Below are positions 38,761 through 51,487 of a stretch of 64,000 nt of DNA, piece after piece. Under the pieces are notes generated by a model. It worked only from the letters and a program-made list of their open reading frames with translations. It was not told the origin of the DNA and did no database searches. Source of the DNA: an uncultured Eubacteriales bacterium. Lineage in GTDB: Bacteria; Actinomycetota; Coriobacteriia; Anaerosomatales; PHET01. Position numbers and translations under genes: made by a program. How positions within the stretch are numbered: the stretch's first letter is position 1; each line of letters begins with the position of its first letter. Location: NCBI GenBank assembly GCA_964403885.1, contig CAYOHY010000007.1, positions 5,635 to 69,634 on the forward strand, read 5' to 3'.

Positions 38761-39683
38761 CGGCCGGCCCTGTCTCGTGAGATGTCGCGGTGGGTGGAGG
38801 CCACGCGGTAACCACCCTTGCGCAGGTGGCTCGCGGTGGCCTCGGCGAGCGCGACGGAACGGTGCTGGCCACCGGTGCAGCCCAGCGCGACCGAAAGATG
38901 GGTCTTTCCCTCGGCGAGGTAGCCGGGCATGACGCCGTCGAGCAGCGCGTACCAACGCTGCAGGAACTCGGCGGTCTCTGTGCGGCCCAAGACGAACTGG
39001 CGCACCGCCTCATCGAGACCGGTGAGCGGGCGCAGCTCGTGGTTGTAGAACGGGTTGGGAAGGAACCGCACGTCCATGACGATGTCGGCGTCGGCCGGGG
39101 CTCCGTACTTGAAGCCGAACGACGACACCGTGACGATCAGCGTCGCGGAGAGCGGCTCGGCGATGAACTCCTCGCGGATGCGCCGGCGCAGCTCCGCCGG
39201 GCGCGACTCCGAGCTGTCGATGACCACGTCAGCGCGGGCGCGGATGGGGTTGAGCGCCTCGCGCTCGGAGGCGATGCCGCCCGCGAGCGAGGTGCCGTCC
39301 TCGCACAGCGGATGGCGGCGCCGGGTCTCCTTGAAGCGGTTGAGAAGCGTGGTGTCGTCTGCCTCGAGGAACAGCACGCGGTGGATGATGCCGCGGTCGT
39401 GCAGCGCGTCGAGCTCGCCGGCCAGCTGATCGAAGAAGTCGTGTCCGCGCACGTCGCACACGACCGCGAGGCGGCGGATGCCACTGCCGGGGAGCTCAGC
39501 CAAGTCGACGAGCTGCGGGATGAACGACGGCGGCAGGTTGTCGATGCAGAAGTAGCCAAGATCCTCGAACGTGTGGATGGCCTCGGAACGGCCCGCACCC
39601 GACATGCCCGTGATGACCACGAGCTCGGGCGTGGATGCCGCGTCATCATCGTCCGGCACGGCGATATCGCACGCGTCGGTCAT
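38757..39683 (-). CDS. rapZ: RNase adapter / nucleotide-binding protein RapZ
   Basis: P-loop ITGMSGAGRS and the C-terminal GCTGGQHRSV motif. ATG 39683 has GAGGAGG upstream. The 697-aa track ORF is an Arg/Gly-rich in-frame extension. Confidence 0.9.
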   Translation of the reverse strand: MTDACDIAVPDDDDAASTPELVVITGMSGAGRSEAIHTFEDLGYFCIDNLPPSFIPQLVDLAELPGSGIRRLAVVCDVRGHDFFDQLAGELDALHDRGIIHRVLFLEADDTTLLNRFKETRRRHPLCEDGTSLAGGIASEREALNPIRARADVVIDSSESRPAELRRRIREEFIAEPLSATLIVTVSSFGFKYGAPADADIVMDVRFLPNPFYNHELRPLTGLDEAVRQFVLGRTETAEFLQRWYALLDGVMPGYLAEGKTHLSVALGCTGGQHRSVALAEATASHLRKGGYRVASTHRDISRDRAGR

Positions 39684-39751
39684 CGGTGGTCCTCCTCGGC
39701 TGAAAGGTGGCGGTGGGGTCAGTATACCCGCTGGGTCTGACGGTCGGGGCG

Positions 39752-42700
39752 CTAGCGCCACCCTTCGAAGCTCGAGCGCAACCGGGCGCGCGTGTCGGCC
39801 ATGAGGACGCGTTGGCGCTCCCACGTCAGCGCGATGACCAGCAGCAGAAGCCCGACGATACCCAGCAGCAGCCACCAGACCTCGACGAGGACGATGAACG
39901 AACGGTACACCGCGACCGCCGACAACGCCCCCACCCCGCCGAAGAAGTAGGCGCGCGACTTGGCCGCCACGCCCCCGCCGATGGCGATGAGCGACAGTCC
40001 GAGGATCCACAGTGCGTGCCCGTTGGCCTCGGCGGCCGGTGCCGTGAGGCCCGCAACGAGCGGGATCCCCAGGCCGACCGCAGCGGCCGCGTAGTCGAGC
40101 GCCACCGGGAACGGGCGCTGCGGAGCGAGCCGTGCGCTCAGGTACGCGCAGGCGACGAGGTACAGGGCGAGCGGCGTGGTGTAGAGCTCCGTCCAGCCCA
40201 TGTCGAGCTGCCCGACCTCGATCCAACAGGCGGCCAGGACCGCGAACCCTGCGGCGTAGTAGCCGGGCTCGAAGCGCCAGCGCGCCGCCTGGGCGAAGCC
40301 GTGGACGCCCAACACGAGCGTGAGCACCGCAACGCCGTGCGCACCCACGTCGGCCCACGTGCCGAGGGGTACCCCGGCACCCAGCGCGTCGCCGGCCGAA
40401 AGCCACAGGGCCGCGGCGGTCAGCGCCGATGCGCCGAGACCCACGCACGTCAGCGCGAGCGCCGTGGTGCGGTGCGGCCCGTCCGGGCCACCCGCGGGGG
40501 TGAACGACACCGCGCCAAGCGCCACACCCGTCGCCGCGAGGGCGGCGACTGTGACCCAGGGCTGCGGGTCGAGGTAGGCAAGCCAGAAGAGCACCGACGC
40601 GTACAGCGACGCGCCGGAGACCACCATCAGCCACTCGGTGGTGACGATCGAAGCGAGCGCCCACGCCACGGCGATGATGGCGAGCGCGCCTGCGAAGTAG
40701 CCGGACTCGCTGGTGGACTGGAGCGCGAGCAGCGACCCGGCCACCGACGCCGCGACGGCGCTGTGACCGGTGAATCGCAGCTGCTTCGCCCGCACCGCGA
40801 CGCACGCGGCGGCTATCGCTGCCGCGACCGTGGCGGCACCCACCGACCACCAGCCGACCGCTTGCTCGACGGCGAGCCCGTCGGCGGCGACCTGGCCCGC
40901 CAGAGCACCCGTCAGGACCGCGAGAGCCGGTGCGGCAAGCGCCCCGAACTCGGTGGGGTCACGCCAGGCATCGACGCCGAGGATGAGCGCGGCGACCAGC
41001 GTCAGAAGCGGAGCGAACCACGACGTCGCGAGTCCTTGGTCGGCCGAGACGATGAGCGGCACGACTGCGAGGCCGATGACCGCGACGCGGCCCGACCACA
41101 CCGTGACGCGAGCCCAAAGCTCCCCGTAGCGTCCGGACAGCGAGCGGGATGACGCGATCCACACCCCGGCGAGCAGCGCGAGCGCGAGCCCGTAGACCTC
41201 GGGGCGCTGGTCCGGCAGGGCCCACGATAGGATCGACGCCAATGCGTAGAACGAGTACGCCGCGCCCGCGTAGGCGATGATCGGCTCGACACTGATCGCG
41301 GCCGCGGCGAACCAGCACGCGAGCGCTCCCAGGCTGAGCAAGGCATCGTCACGGGGTATCGACGAACCGAGCATCGCCGGCGACTCCGCCACCGCCACGG
41401 TGGCGAGCGAGACAAGCACGAGCAGGCCAAAGGCGCCCACGACACCGATGCGCCGTCCGTCAGCCGGGACCCTCGCGGAGCGCGGCACAGGCTGCGGCAG
41501 GTAGACCGCGCGTGCGACCCACGCGACGGCGAGAACGCCGACAGCGAGCACCGTGACGTTGTCGACGGCATCGAGCACCGCACACACCTGCAGCACCGTC
41601 AGCAGCTCCGCGGCCATCTTGGGCACGCCCATGAGCGGCTCCGAGCGAACCCACTCAAGCACCGAGAAGCCCAGGGCCACGAGCGCGAACGACGCCGCGA
41701 GCCACCACGACGAACCGGAGAAGAGGCCGATGCCCGCGCCCCCCAGCGTCGCCGCGACGAACACCGTCACCGCACCCCACTCGGCCGAGACCCCTGCCTG
41801 CGCGAGGAGCGGCATCTGACCCGGCTCTCGGTTGCGGCGGATGAGCCAGCCGCTCAGGACCCATGTGAGTCCTAGCACGATGAGCGCGAACACTTGGATC
41901 CGGCCAGACGCACCGAGCATCGCACACGCTTCGAGGACGAGCGACGCCTCGGCGACCATGCCCACCACCGAGAACGGCGCGCCCGCCCGCAGGATCGCGA
42001 ATCCGTGTGCGCCCAGCGCTAGCAGTGCGTAGATGCCGACGATCCACCAGGAGTCGCCGGTGGTGCCGGCGGCAAGCCAGCCCGCCACCAGCACGAGTCC
42101 CTGTGCGATCGCGGCCAGCAGGTGCGAGACCCGCTCTGCCACGACACGGGTGCGCCAGAAGACGACGCCGGCAGCAAGTGACGTCACCGCCGCGCACGCG
42201 ACCTCCGTGACGCCGGCGGTGCCGATGAAGACCAGGTCGCCGAGCAGTCCCACCCCGGCACCCGCCGCGGCGACCGGGGCGGCGTACTCGAGCACCCGCG
42301 CGAGCGAGCCAACGGTCTGAGACTCTCTCCCCCGCTCACCGGCGAGCTGCCACAGCACCGCGATACCGGCGATGCCCGCGAGCCGCACGGGTGTGGTCAC
42401 GTCGAGGCCCGCGGTGAGCAGCCACCACCAGCCGACCTGTGCGGCCGCGCCCACGACACCATAGAAGCGCTCGGCGAGCTTGACCTCGGTGAACCAGTAG
42501 ACGGCGGAGCAGACGAACAGCAACGCGGCCCACGGCAACGGACCCTCCAGCTTGAGCCCGTCGATGGCGATCCAGCCCTCGAACAGGAGCATCGCCGAAC
42601 CCACCGCGGTGAGCGCGGTGCCACCCACCTTGAGCCCGGCCTTGCGCGCCCACCAGCCGCCGGCGTAGAACCCGGCGGTCAGGGCACCCATCAGGGTGAG

Positions 42701-43126
42701 CCTGCCGGCCACACCCATGATGTCCCAGCCGATGACGGCGAAGATCGCGGCGGCCGCAACGACGAGGAACGCTCCGAGGAACGTGAGGACCGTGGTCCAC
42801 GGCACCGGCTTGCGCTCGGCGCGCTCAACGGGGCGGACGCGCGGCAGTGGCTGCGCGGAGGCGGCCTGCGGCACGCGCTGGGGTTGTACGGCTGACGGCG
42901 CGACCGGCGCCGGTGCAGCCGGCTCGGGAGCGACCGGCACCCCGCTGATGATCGCGACGAGCGACTGCCGACGCGCGAGATGGCGGCGCGACAGCGCCTC
43001 GTAGGCGGAGTAGGGAACCTCACCGCGCTCGACACCTCGCGCGAGCTCATCGAGCAGGAAGTCGATCTTGCCGATCTCGTCCCACTCGGACTGGTGTGGC
43101 CGTACGGCCATCGGTGCTCCCCCCAC
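39752..43126 (-). CDS. Giant polytopic membrane protein (about 1120 aa): short cytoplasmic N-domain, Pro/Ala-rich linker, then dozens of hydrophobic helices. Possibly DUF2339-like.
   Basis: Composition and periodic hydrophobic segments run throughout. The N-terminus is EWDEIGKIDFLLDELARGVERGEVPYSAYEALSRRHLARRQ, followed by PEPAAPAPVAPSAVQP. The start is 43126 or 43111. It begins 15 nt after the uvrC stop. No enzymatic motif was recognised. Confidence 0.7.
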   Translation of the reverse strand: MGGAPMAVRPHQSEWDEIGKIDFLLDELARGVERGEVPYSAYEALSRRHLARRQSLVAIISGVPVAPEPAAPAPVAPSAVQPQRVPQAASAQPLPRVRPVERAERKPVPWTTVLTFLGAFLVVAAAAIFAVIGWDIMGVAGRLTLMGALTAGFYAGGWWARKAGLKVGGTALTAVGSAMLLFEGWIAIDGLKLEGPLPWAALLFVCSAVYWFTEVKLAERFYGVVGAAAQVGWWWLLTAGLDVTTPVRLAGIAGIAVLWQLAGERGRESQTVGSLARVLEYAAPVAAAGAGVGLLGDLVFIGTAGVTEVACAAVTSLAAGVVFWRTRVVAERVSHLLAAIAQGLVLVAGWLAAGTTGDSWWIVGIYALLALGAHGFAILRAGAPFSVVGMVAEASLVLEACAMLGASGRIQVFALIVLGLTWVLSGWLIRRNREPGQMPLLAQAGVSAEWGAVTVFVAATLGGAGIGLFSGSSWWLAASFALVALGFSVLEWVRSEPLMGVPKMAAELLTVLQVCAVLDAVDNVTVLAVGVLAVAWVARAVYLPQPVPRSARVPADGRRIGVVGAFGLLVLVSLATVAVAESPAMLGSSIPRDDALLSLGALACWFAAAAISVEPIIAYAGAAYSFYALASILSWALPDQRPEVYGLALALLAGVWIASSRSLSGRYGELWARVTVWSGRVAVIGLAVVPLIVSADQGLATSWFAPLLTLVAALILGVDAWRDPTEFGALAAPALAVLTGALAGQVAADGLAVEQAVGWWSVGAATVAAAIAAACVAVRAKQLRFTGHSAVAASVAGSLLALQSTSESGYFAGALAIIAVAWALASIVTTEWLMVVSGASLYASVLFWLAYLDPQPWVTVAALAATGVALGAVSFTPAGGPDGPHRTTALALTCVGLGASALTAAALWLSAGDALGAGVPLGTWADVGAHGVAVLTLVLGVHGFAQAARWRFEPGYYAAGFAVLAACWIEVGQLDMGWTELYTTPLALYLVACAYLSARLAPQRPFPVALDYAAAAVGLGIPLVAGLTAPAAEANGHALWILGLSLIAIGGGVAAKSRAYFFGGVGALSAVAVYRSFIVLVEVWWLLLGIVGLLLLVIALTWERQRVLMADTRARLRSSFEGWR

Positions 43127-43141
43127 ACGGCGTGACCTGCG

Positions 43142-45046
43142 CTAACAGGGCGCCTCTCCACCCTTCCCTTCTACCCATTGTGTCACAACGGCGTGGACGT
43201 CCTCGGCCACGTCGCGCGGGATCCCGGGCACCTGCGCGATCTCGTCGACGGTCGCTTCGCGCAGCTTCTTCACCGAGCCGAAGTGCTTGATGAGGAGCTT
43301 GCGGCGCTTGGGGCCCACGCCGGGCACGTCGTCGAGCACGCTCGCCGTCATCGCCTTGCCGCGCAGCTCGCGGTGGTACTCGATCGCGAAGCGATGCGCC
43401 TCGTCGCGCACGCGCTTGACCAGGTAGAGCGAGGGGGCGCCGCTGGGCAGCACCACCGGTTCCTCGGCCCACGGGACGAAGAGCTCCTCCTCGCGCTTCG
43501 CAAGTCCAGCGACGGGGATGTCGGCGAGTCCGAGCTCGGCGAGCACTGCGCGCGCGGCGGTGAGCTGCGGCTTGCCGCCGTCGACGATCACCAGCGAGGG
43601 CCGGGAACCGAAGCGGCCATCGGCCATGCGCTCGGGGGCGAACCGGCGGCGCAGCACCTCGGTCATCATCGCGAAGTCGTTGGCCTCGCCGGTGTCGAGG
43701 CGCACCTTGAAGCGGCGGTACTGCTTGTTGTCCGGCCTGCCGTTGGTGAACACCACCATCGAGCCCACCGAGTGGCGTCCGTGCAAAGTCGAGATGTCGT
43801 AGCACTCGATGCGCAGCGGGGGCGCCGGCAACGCGAGCGCGCTCTCGAGCTGCAGGAGTGCCGCGTTCAGGCGCTCCTCGTCGTAGCGCGTGCGGACCTT
43901 GAAGCGCATGAGCGTGTGGTGCGCGTTGCGCTGCGCGAGTGCGAGCAGGTCGTGCTTCTCCCCTCGCTGCGGCACCGTGAGCGCCACCTTGGCGCCGCGT
44001 TGCTCGGTGAGCCACTCGGCGACGGCGTCGGGCGAGCCGGGGAGCTCCGGGAGCACGAGCTCCTTGGGGGTGTCGGCGACATCGGAGTAGTAGCGGAGCA
44101 GAAAGCCCTCCACGAGCTCGTCCATGGGCACGTCGAGGCCCTTGTCGAGCACGAACTCGTTGCCGTAGAGCACGCGCCCTTCTCGGACGACGAAGACGTG
44201 CACGCCGGCGACGGTCTCCTCGCGGTGAAAGCCGATGACGTCCATGTTGAGCGGACGCGAGCTGACCACCGTCTGACGCTCGCGGATCGAGCGGACCGCC
44301 TCAAGGCGGTTGCGGTGGCGGGCGGCCGCCTCGAAGTCGAGCTCCGCTGAGGCCGCGCGCATCTTGCGCTCGAGGTCACCTTCGAGGTCGTCGTGCTTTC
44401 CGGCCAGGAACCGCGCCACGCGGGCGACGTTTTCGGCGTACTCCTCGCGGGTGATGGCGCCGATGCACGGGCCGGGGCCCAGCCCCACGTGGTGGTCGAA
44501 GCAGGCCCGACCGGTGGGCGCGCCGTCCTTGGCGTTGACACGCTTCCACTCGGCACAGGTCGCTCGGCAGATGGGGACGATGCGGCGCACTGTGTCGATG
44601 GTCTCGCGTGCGGCACGCGAGTCGGTGAACGGGCCGAAGTAGCGCGTGCCCGGGCGGTGCTTCTCGCGGGTGAACTTGATGGACGGGAACGGGTCGTCCA
44701 GGGTCAGCGCGATGAAGGGGTAGCTCTTGTCGTCTCGGTAGTCGACGTTGTAGGGCGGGTTGAACTGGCGGATGAGGTTCTTCTCGAGGATGAGCGACTC
44801 GACCTCGTTGGTGGTCACCACGTAGTCGTAGCTCGCCACCTGCTCCATCATCAGCGGGATCTTCTCGCGCTCGTCTTGCCCGCTCGTGTACTGGCGCATG
44901 CGCTTCTTGAGCGACTTGGCCTTGCCCACGTAGAGCACCTCGCCCGCGGCGTCCTTCCACAGGTACACGCCGGGTGAGTCGGGCACCGAGCCGATCTGCT
45001 CGGCGACGGTGGGGTTGAGGGGGCGCTCGTCGTTCATGGAAGCCAT
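43142..45046 (-). CDS. uvrC: Excinuclease ABC subunit C
   Basis: GIY-YIG motif (GVYLWKDAAGEVLYVGKAKSLKKRMRQY), a UVR domain, an Endo-V-like domain, and a C-terminal (HhH)2 (VPGVGPKRRKLLIKHFGS). Start at ATG 45046, 1 nt after the upstream TAG. Confidence 0.95.
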   Translation of the reverse strand: MASMNDERPLNPTVAEQIGSVPDSPGVYLWKDAAGEVLYVGKAKSLKKRMRQYTSGQDEREKIPLMMEQVASYDYVVTTNEVESLILEKNLIRQFNPPYNVDYRDDKSYPFIALTLDDPFPSIKFTREKHRPGTRYFGPFTDSRAARETIDTVRRIVPICRATCAEWKRVNAKDGAPTGRACFDHHVGLGPGPCIGAITREEYAENVARVARFLAGKHDDLEGDLERKMRAASAELDFEAAARHRNRLEAVRSIRERQTVVSSRPLNMDVIGFHREETVAGVHVFVVREGRVLYGNEFVLDKGLDVPMDELVEGFLLRYYSDVADTPKELVLPELPGSPDAVAEWLTEQRGAKVALTVPQRGEKHDLLALAQRNAHHTLMRFKVRTRYDEERLNAALLQLESALALPAPPLRIECYDISTLHGRHSVGSMVVFTNGRPDNKQYRRFKVRLDTGEANDFAMMTEVLRRRFAPERMADGRFGSRPSLVIVDGGKPQLTAARAVLAELGLADIPVAGLAKREEELFVPWAEEPVVLPSGAPSLYLVKRVRDEAHRFAIEYHRELRGKAMTASVLDDVPGVGPKRRKLLIKHFGSVKKLREATVDEIAQVPGIPRDVAEDVHAVVTQWVEGKGGEAPC

Positions 45047-45047
45047 C

Positions 45048-46228
45048 CTACGGCAACGCGACGTCGGCGAGTGTGGTGCCGATGTCGTGGGCGTCGACGA
45101 GCGCGACACGCCTGAGCTGCCAGCCGAAGCCGTCACGCGACGAATCAGTGATCGCCACCCTGTTCGCCGGCGCGCCGAGGTAGTACAGGCGGCTGTCGGG
45201 ACTGATGACAGGGGGCCAGCGCTCCGGGTCGCTGTCGAGACCGTACTTCGCGATGTCGGTGTCGAGCCTGCCGGCCTGCAACGCCGTGGTGACCTCGGGA
45301 GTGCTTGGTGACAGCCCCGAGGCGCGGGTCTGGTCGAACGTCGTCGCATCCTTGGCCGAGGCGGGCGCCTTGTCGGAGCCCGCGGTCGCGAGGATGGTGT
45401 CGGCCATGCCGCCGCTCGTGGGGATGGGCGCGGTGGCGACCTGCTCGGCCACGGCATCGGTCAGGCGTGCGAAGGCAGCCGCTCCGTCGATGCCGCGCGT
45501 GAGCGCCTCCGCGGTCGCGAGGCGATGCCTCCACAGCAGCACCTCGTCAGGGGTCGACCCCGGGGTGACGCCGGACGCGGCTGCGGCGAGCCGATCTGCG
45601 CCGACCACACCGGAGCCGGCGAGCGCTGCGGCGAGCAGGCGCGCGTTGGCGACGCCTGCGTCCTCGCCCGCCGGTACCGCCGGCCTGCCGGGGGCCGCCG
45701 CCCGCAGCTCCTTGGCGGCTTTGGTCGCGGCCTCGATGTCGATGCCGGCGGCGCGGTTCTTGGCGCGCAGGTAGCGCGGTCCGCCTGCAGCCTCCTCGGC
45801 ATCGAATGACGCCGAGAACTCGGTCGCGTCAAGCACGAGGCGGGGCTCGACGGTGCCGTCTCGGCCCATCACGATCTCAGCGAGCGGCGCACCCGCCGGC
45901 GAGAGCACCTGCACGACTCGGCGCCGGGCGTCAGGATAGGCGCGGGTCAGCGCCGAGCGAGCAGCCGCGGTGCCGATGAGGACGTCGGCCGCCGAGTCAG
46001 CCGCGGGTAGCGAGAAGCGCAGCACGGCCGTGCCACCGGACTCCCCCACCCCCACGGGATAGACGCCGGCCGCGAACATCGTGCGCGCGACCTGCTCGGC
46101 AGGCTGCGACGCCGCCAGCGGGTCTTGCGGACGCGCGGCGCACCCGGCTGACACGAGCGCGCACGCGAACGCGAGCGCACACAGGCTCGCGAGCACGGCA
46201 CGCTTCGTGGGCCGAGCAGGCGCCGACA

Positions 46229-46229
<1 letters not shown>
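45048..46229 (-). CDS. Ala-rich secreted lipoprotein of unknown function
   Basis: GTG 46229 overlaps the uvrA TAG by 1 nt (TAGTG). Signal peptide and lipobox: AVLASLCALAFACALVSAGC. No recognisable domain. 393 aa. Confidence 0.65.
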
Positions 46230-49162
<2,933 letters not shown>

Positions 49163-49251
49163 CCAGAGGAGTATCGATCAGACATTCAAGTATACGCCCG
49201 CGAGCGAATGCGCCGACGGGTGCGTGAAAGAGAGCAGATAGCACGCCAAAC

Positions 49252-49284
49252 GACGCGCACCCCTGAGTGACCGGAGTGCGCGTC
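49252..49284 (-). terminator. Possible terminator hairpin after the FKBP gene
   Basis: Inverted repeat GACGCGCAC...GTGCGCGTC (9-bp stem, 15-nt loop), followed on the minus strand by GTTTGG. The T-tract is weak. Confidence 0.3.
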
Positions 49285-49349
49285 GTCGTGTGAGCGATGA
49301 GGCGGCGATTCGTGGCGCCGGAGCAAACGGGGGCGTCGGGCGATACGAC

Positions 49350-49850
49350 CTACTGAACGCCCAGCAGGTCGACCTCGAACACGAGCGTGGCGTTGGGCGG
49401 GATGGCGTCTCCGGCTCCGGCCTCGCCGTAGCCCATGGACGCGGGGATGATCAGCATCCGCGTGCCGCCGACCTTCATGCCCTTGACGCCCTCATCCCAT
49501 CCGGAGATGACCTCGCCGGCACCCAGCTGGAAGGTGAACGGCTGTCCTGCGTCGAGCGAGGAGTCGAACTTGGTGCCATCGGCGAGCCAGCCGGTGTAGT
49601 TGACGGTGACGGCCTTACCGGGCACGGCCTCCGCGCCGGTGCCGGTCTTGAGGTCCTCGACCTTGAGCTTGGTCACGTTCTCGACCTTGCCGGGGAACTC
49701 ATGCGTCACCGCGGGCGGTGCAGGCTGCTCCTGAGCCGGCGGCTGCGTCGCGGGCTGCTCGGCGGGCTGCTCGGCCTGCGCGCATCCAGCGGATGCGGCG
49801 AGCGCCAGCACTGCCACAGCGATCATCGTCCAACGGGTGAAAAGCTTCAT
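49350..49850 (-). CDS. FKBP-type peptidyl-prolyl cis-trans isomerase lipoprotein
   Basis: MKLFTRWTMIAVAVLALAASAGC signal/lipobox, then VTVNYTGWLADGTKFDSS...FQLGAGEVISGWDEGVKGMKVGGTR. GGGAGG RBS before ATG 49850. Confidence 0.85.
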   Translation of the reverse strand: MKLFTRWTMIAVAVLALAASAGCAQAEQPAEQPATQPPAQEQPAPPAVTHEFPGKVENVTKLKVEDLKTGTGAEAVPGKAVTVNYTGWLADGTKFDSSLDAGQPFTFQLGAGEVISGWDEGVKGMKVGGTRMLIIPASMGYGEAGAGDAIPPNATLVFEVDLLGVQ

Positions 49851-49887
49851 CGCGAGAACCTCCCGAGAGTCGTGTACCGACCACATC

Positions 49888-50514
49888 TTAGCGGTTTCGC
49901 CCCGTCCGGGCCGTCAACGGCCACAGAAGATGGGGCACACCCCGCCCGGTCAGCGCATCAGCGAGTAGGTGAGCGACCCACCCCCATCCGAGACATGCGC
50001 CGATGACCCACGAAAGGCCGACGTGCGCACAAAGGATGGATGCACCCACCCCCGCGCAGGACGCGAACAAGAGCGAGTGGGTCATACCCCGGTGCCCGGA
50101 CACCGCCCGGACGAGAGTCGATAGACCCACCAGCAGCGCGGCGGGCAGCATCAGCCATAGCCCGATACGGATCACCGGACCCAGCGCCTCAACGATCGCC
50201 GCTCCCCACGTGGGTCGCACATAGGTTGCGACGAGGGCGGCCCCTGCGAACACGGGGGCAAGTACGCCCACGGCCTCGAACGCGAGCTTGCGCGGAATGC
50301 GTCGGCTGGCCGTCGAGCCCCCGTGGTCGAGGTCGGGCGCGAGCGACCCGGCGGCGGCCGCTGCCACGCCGAGCACGGCCGTGACCGGATCGACGCCCTG
50401 GCCGCCAGCGCGAAGCACCCACAACGCCACGACCGTGCTGCCCGTACCTATGAGAAGGTGGGTCCGACCCCTCACCTGTCCGGCCTCCCTGCAGATCATC
50501 CGGCGGCGTCCCAC
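49888..50514 (-). CDS. Membrane-bound metal-dependent hydrolase, YdjM/DUF457-like
   Basis: THLLIG near the N-terminus, APDLDH and GHRGMTHS motifs in a 4-5 TM protein. The start codon is uncertain. Confidence 0.65.
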   Translation of the reverse strand: MGRRRMICREAGQVRGRTHLLIGTGSTVVALWVLRAGGQGVDPVTAVLGVAAAAAGSLAPDLDHGGSTASRRIPRKLAFEAVGVLAPVFAGAALVATYVRPTWGAAIVEALGPVIRIGLWLMLPAALLVGLSTLVRAVSGHRGMTHSLLFASCAGVGASILCAHVGLSWVIGACLGWGWVAHLLADALTGRGVPHLLWPLTARTGRNR

Positions 50515-50570
50515 CGTGCGCGACGTGGTATCGCCAGCCTGACACCGGGGTCTGACACTGAAGAGAGGTC

Positions 50571-51032
50571 CTACCGGAAGACGACCTCGAAGCGCTCACA
50601 CACGACGGGCATGTCCGGCTCGACCCTCCTGCCCAAAGCCTCAAGCTCTCGGCTGAACGCGGCTCGGTGTGCCGCTCGCCAGTACTCGAGTGATCCGTCT
50701 CCCTCACCCTCGGCAGCGGCGAAGTCGGCGTCCACCCGGTCGAACGGGACGACCTCAACGGTCGTGGCGCGGATGATGCACTGCGCGTCACCCCGCCAGT
50801 TCGTGATGATGCTGAGGTCCCCCACCTGAGGCAGCGGTTCACCCTCCGCCTCGTAGGACCACAACGCACCGGCTGTCGCCCGCTTCACTCCGGCGAGCAC
50901 GAGCTCGGCGAGTTCATCGGCGTCAGCCTGGTTGTCACAGAAGTGCCACGCGCTGAACGTAGGCGAGGTCGCGGCTACGTCGGGGTGCGCCGCCAGGTAC
51001 TCGAGCCACAAAGACTCGACTGTTCTGCTCAT
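50571..51032 (-). CDS. ASCH-domain protein
   Basis: WHFCDNQADADELAELVLAGVKRATAG...FDRVDADFAAAEGEGDGSLEYWR is the typical ASCH/PUA-like pattern. ATG 51032 has GAGGAG upstream. Confidence 0.7.
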   Translation of the reverse strand: MSRTVESLWLEYLAAHPDVAATSPTFSAWHFCDNQADADELAELVLAGVKRATAGALWSYEAEGEPLPQVGDLSIITNWRGDAQCIIRATTVEVVPFDRVDADFAAAEGEGDGSLEYWRAAHRAAFSRELEALGRRVEPDMPVVCERFEVVFR

Positions 51033-51094
51033 TCGGTATGACTCCTCATGTCGTCGCACGGATCCACACGGCTGATACGGCGTCCTCGACGTCG

Positions 51095-51469
51095 CTAGCT
51101 GCGAGCGCCGCGGGCGGCCTCCTCATCGAGACGGAACAAGACGATGCGTCGGATGAGCTCCACGGGCAGCGGCGTTCCCAGCGGGAACTGAACCGATCCC
51201 TTGCCGCGCTTGTAGGGTTCCAGCTCGTCCCTGAACGCCTCGACGCCGCTTCCGGTGGGATACAGCCCCACGTGGCGTGCGTACCCCGCGAAGTGCACCA
51301 GGTGCCTTCCGTTCAGGTCGAAGGTGGGGATGGCATAGCTGATCGTCTCGGTGGCTTCGGGGGCGGTCTCGCGAATGAGCGCACGCAGCTGCTCGAGCAC
51401 CTCCCGCGTCTCGTCGGGGAACTCGGCGATGTACTCGTCGATGGTGGTTGCGGCCGAGCGGTTCGACAT
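51095..51469 (-). CDS. DUF1801 (YdhG-like) domain protein
   Basis: IDEYIAEFPDETREVLEQLRALIRETAPEATETISYAIPTF...KGSVQFPL pattern. 124 aa. Confidence 0.7.
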   Translation of the reverse strand: MSNRSAATTIDEYIAEFPDETREVLEQLRALIRETAPEATETISYAIPTFDLNGRHLVHFAGYARHVGLYPTGSGVEAFRDELEPYKRGKGSVQFPLGTPLPVELIRRIVLFRLDEEAARGARS

Positions 51470-51487
51470 CGGTGTCTCCTGTCCGTA

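Noticed and set aside
39718-39741. Imperfect palindrome GTCAGTATACCCGCTGGGTCTGAC between the giant membrane protein stop and the rapZ start, partly resembling the ATACCC...GGGTAT operator.
   Set aside because: The central spacing is 3 rather than 4-5 nt. One half-site is AGACCC, and there is no matching -35 element. It is more likely a simple intercistronic hairpin.
39684-40850. In-frame upstream extension that turns rapZ into a 697-aa ORF overlapping the giant membrane protein gene.
   Set aside because: The extension is an Arg/Gly/Pro-rich, non-protein-like sequence. A canonical ATG with a GAGGAGG RBS at 39683 gives a normal-length RapZ starting at the conserved N-terminus. The overlapping frame (39752..43126) has coherent TM periodicity.
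49233-49248. Minus-strand TGGCGTGCTATCTGCT upstream of uvrA, with correct GG-N10-GC spacing.
   Set aside because: It is a weak match (-24 TGGCGT, -12 CTGCT). GG-N10-GC occurs by chance often in GC-rich DNA. There is no biological link to the local EBP, so it is not claimed.
49163-49260. Searched the uvrA upstream region for a LexA/SOS box (TCGAAC-N4-GTTCGA or CGAAC-N4-GTTCG).
   Set aside because: No convincing match was seen by eye. Only unrelated fragments such as TCGATAC are present.
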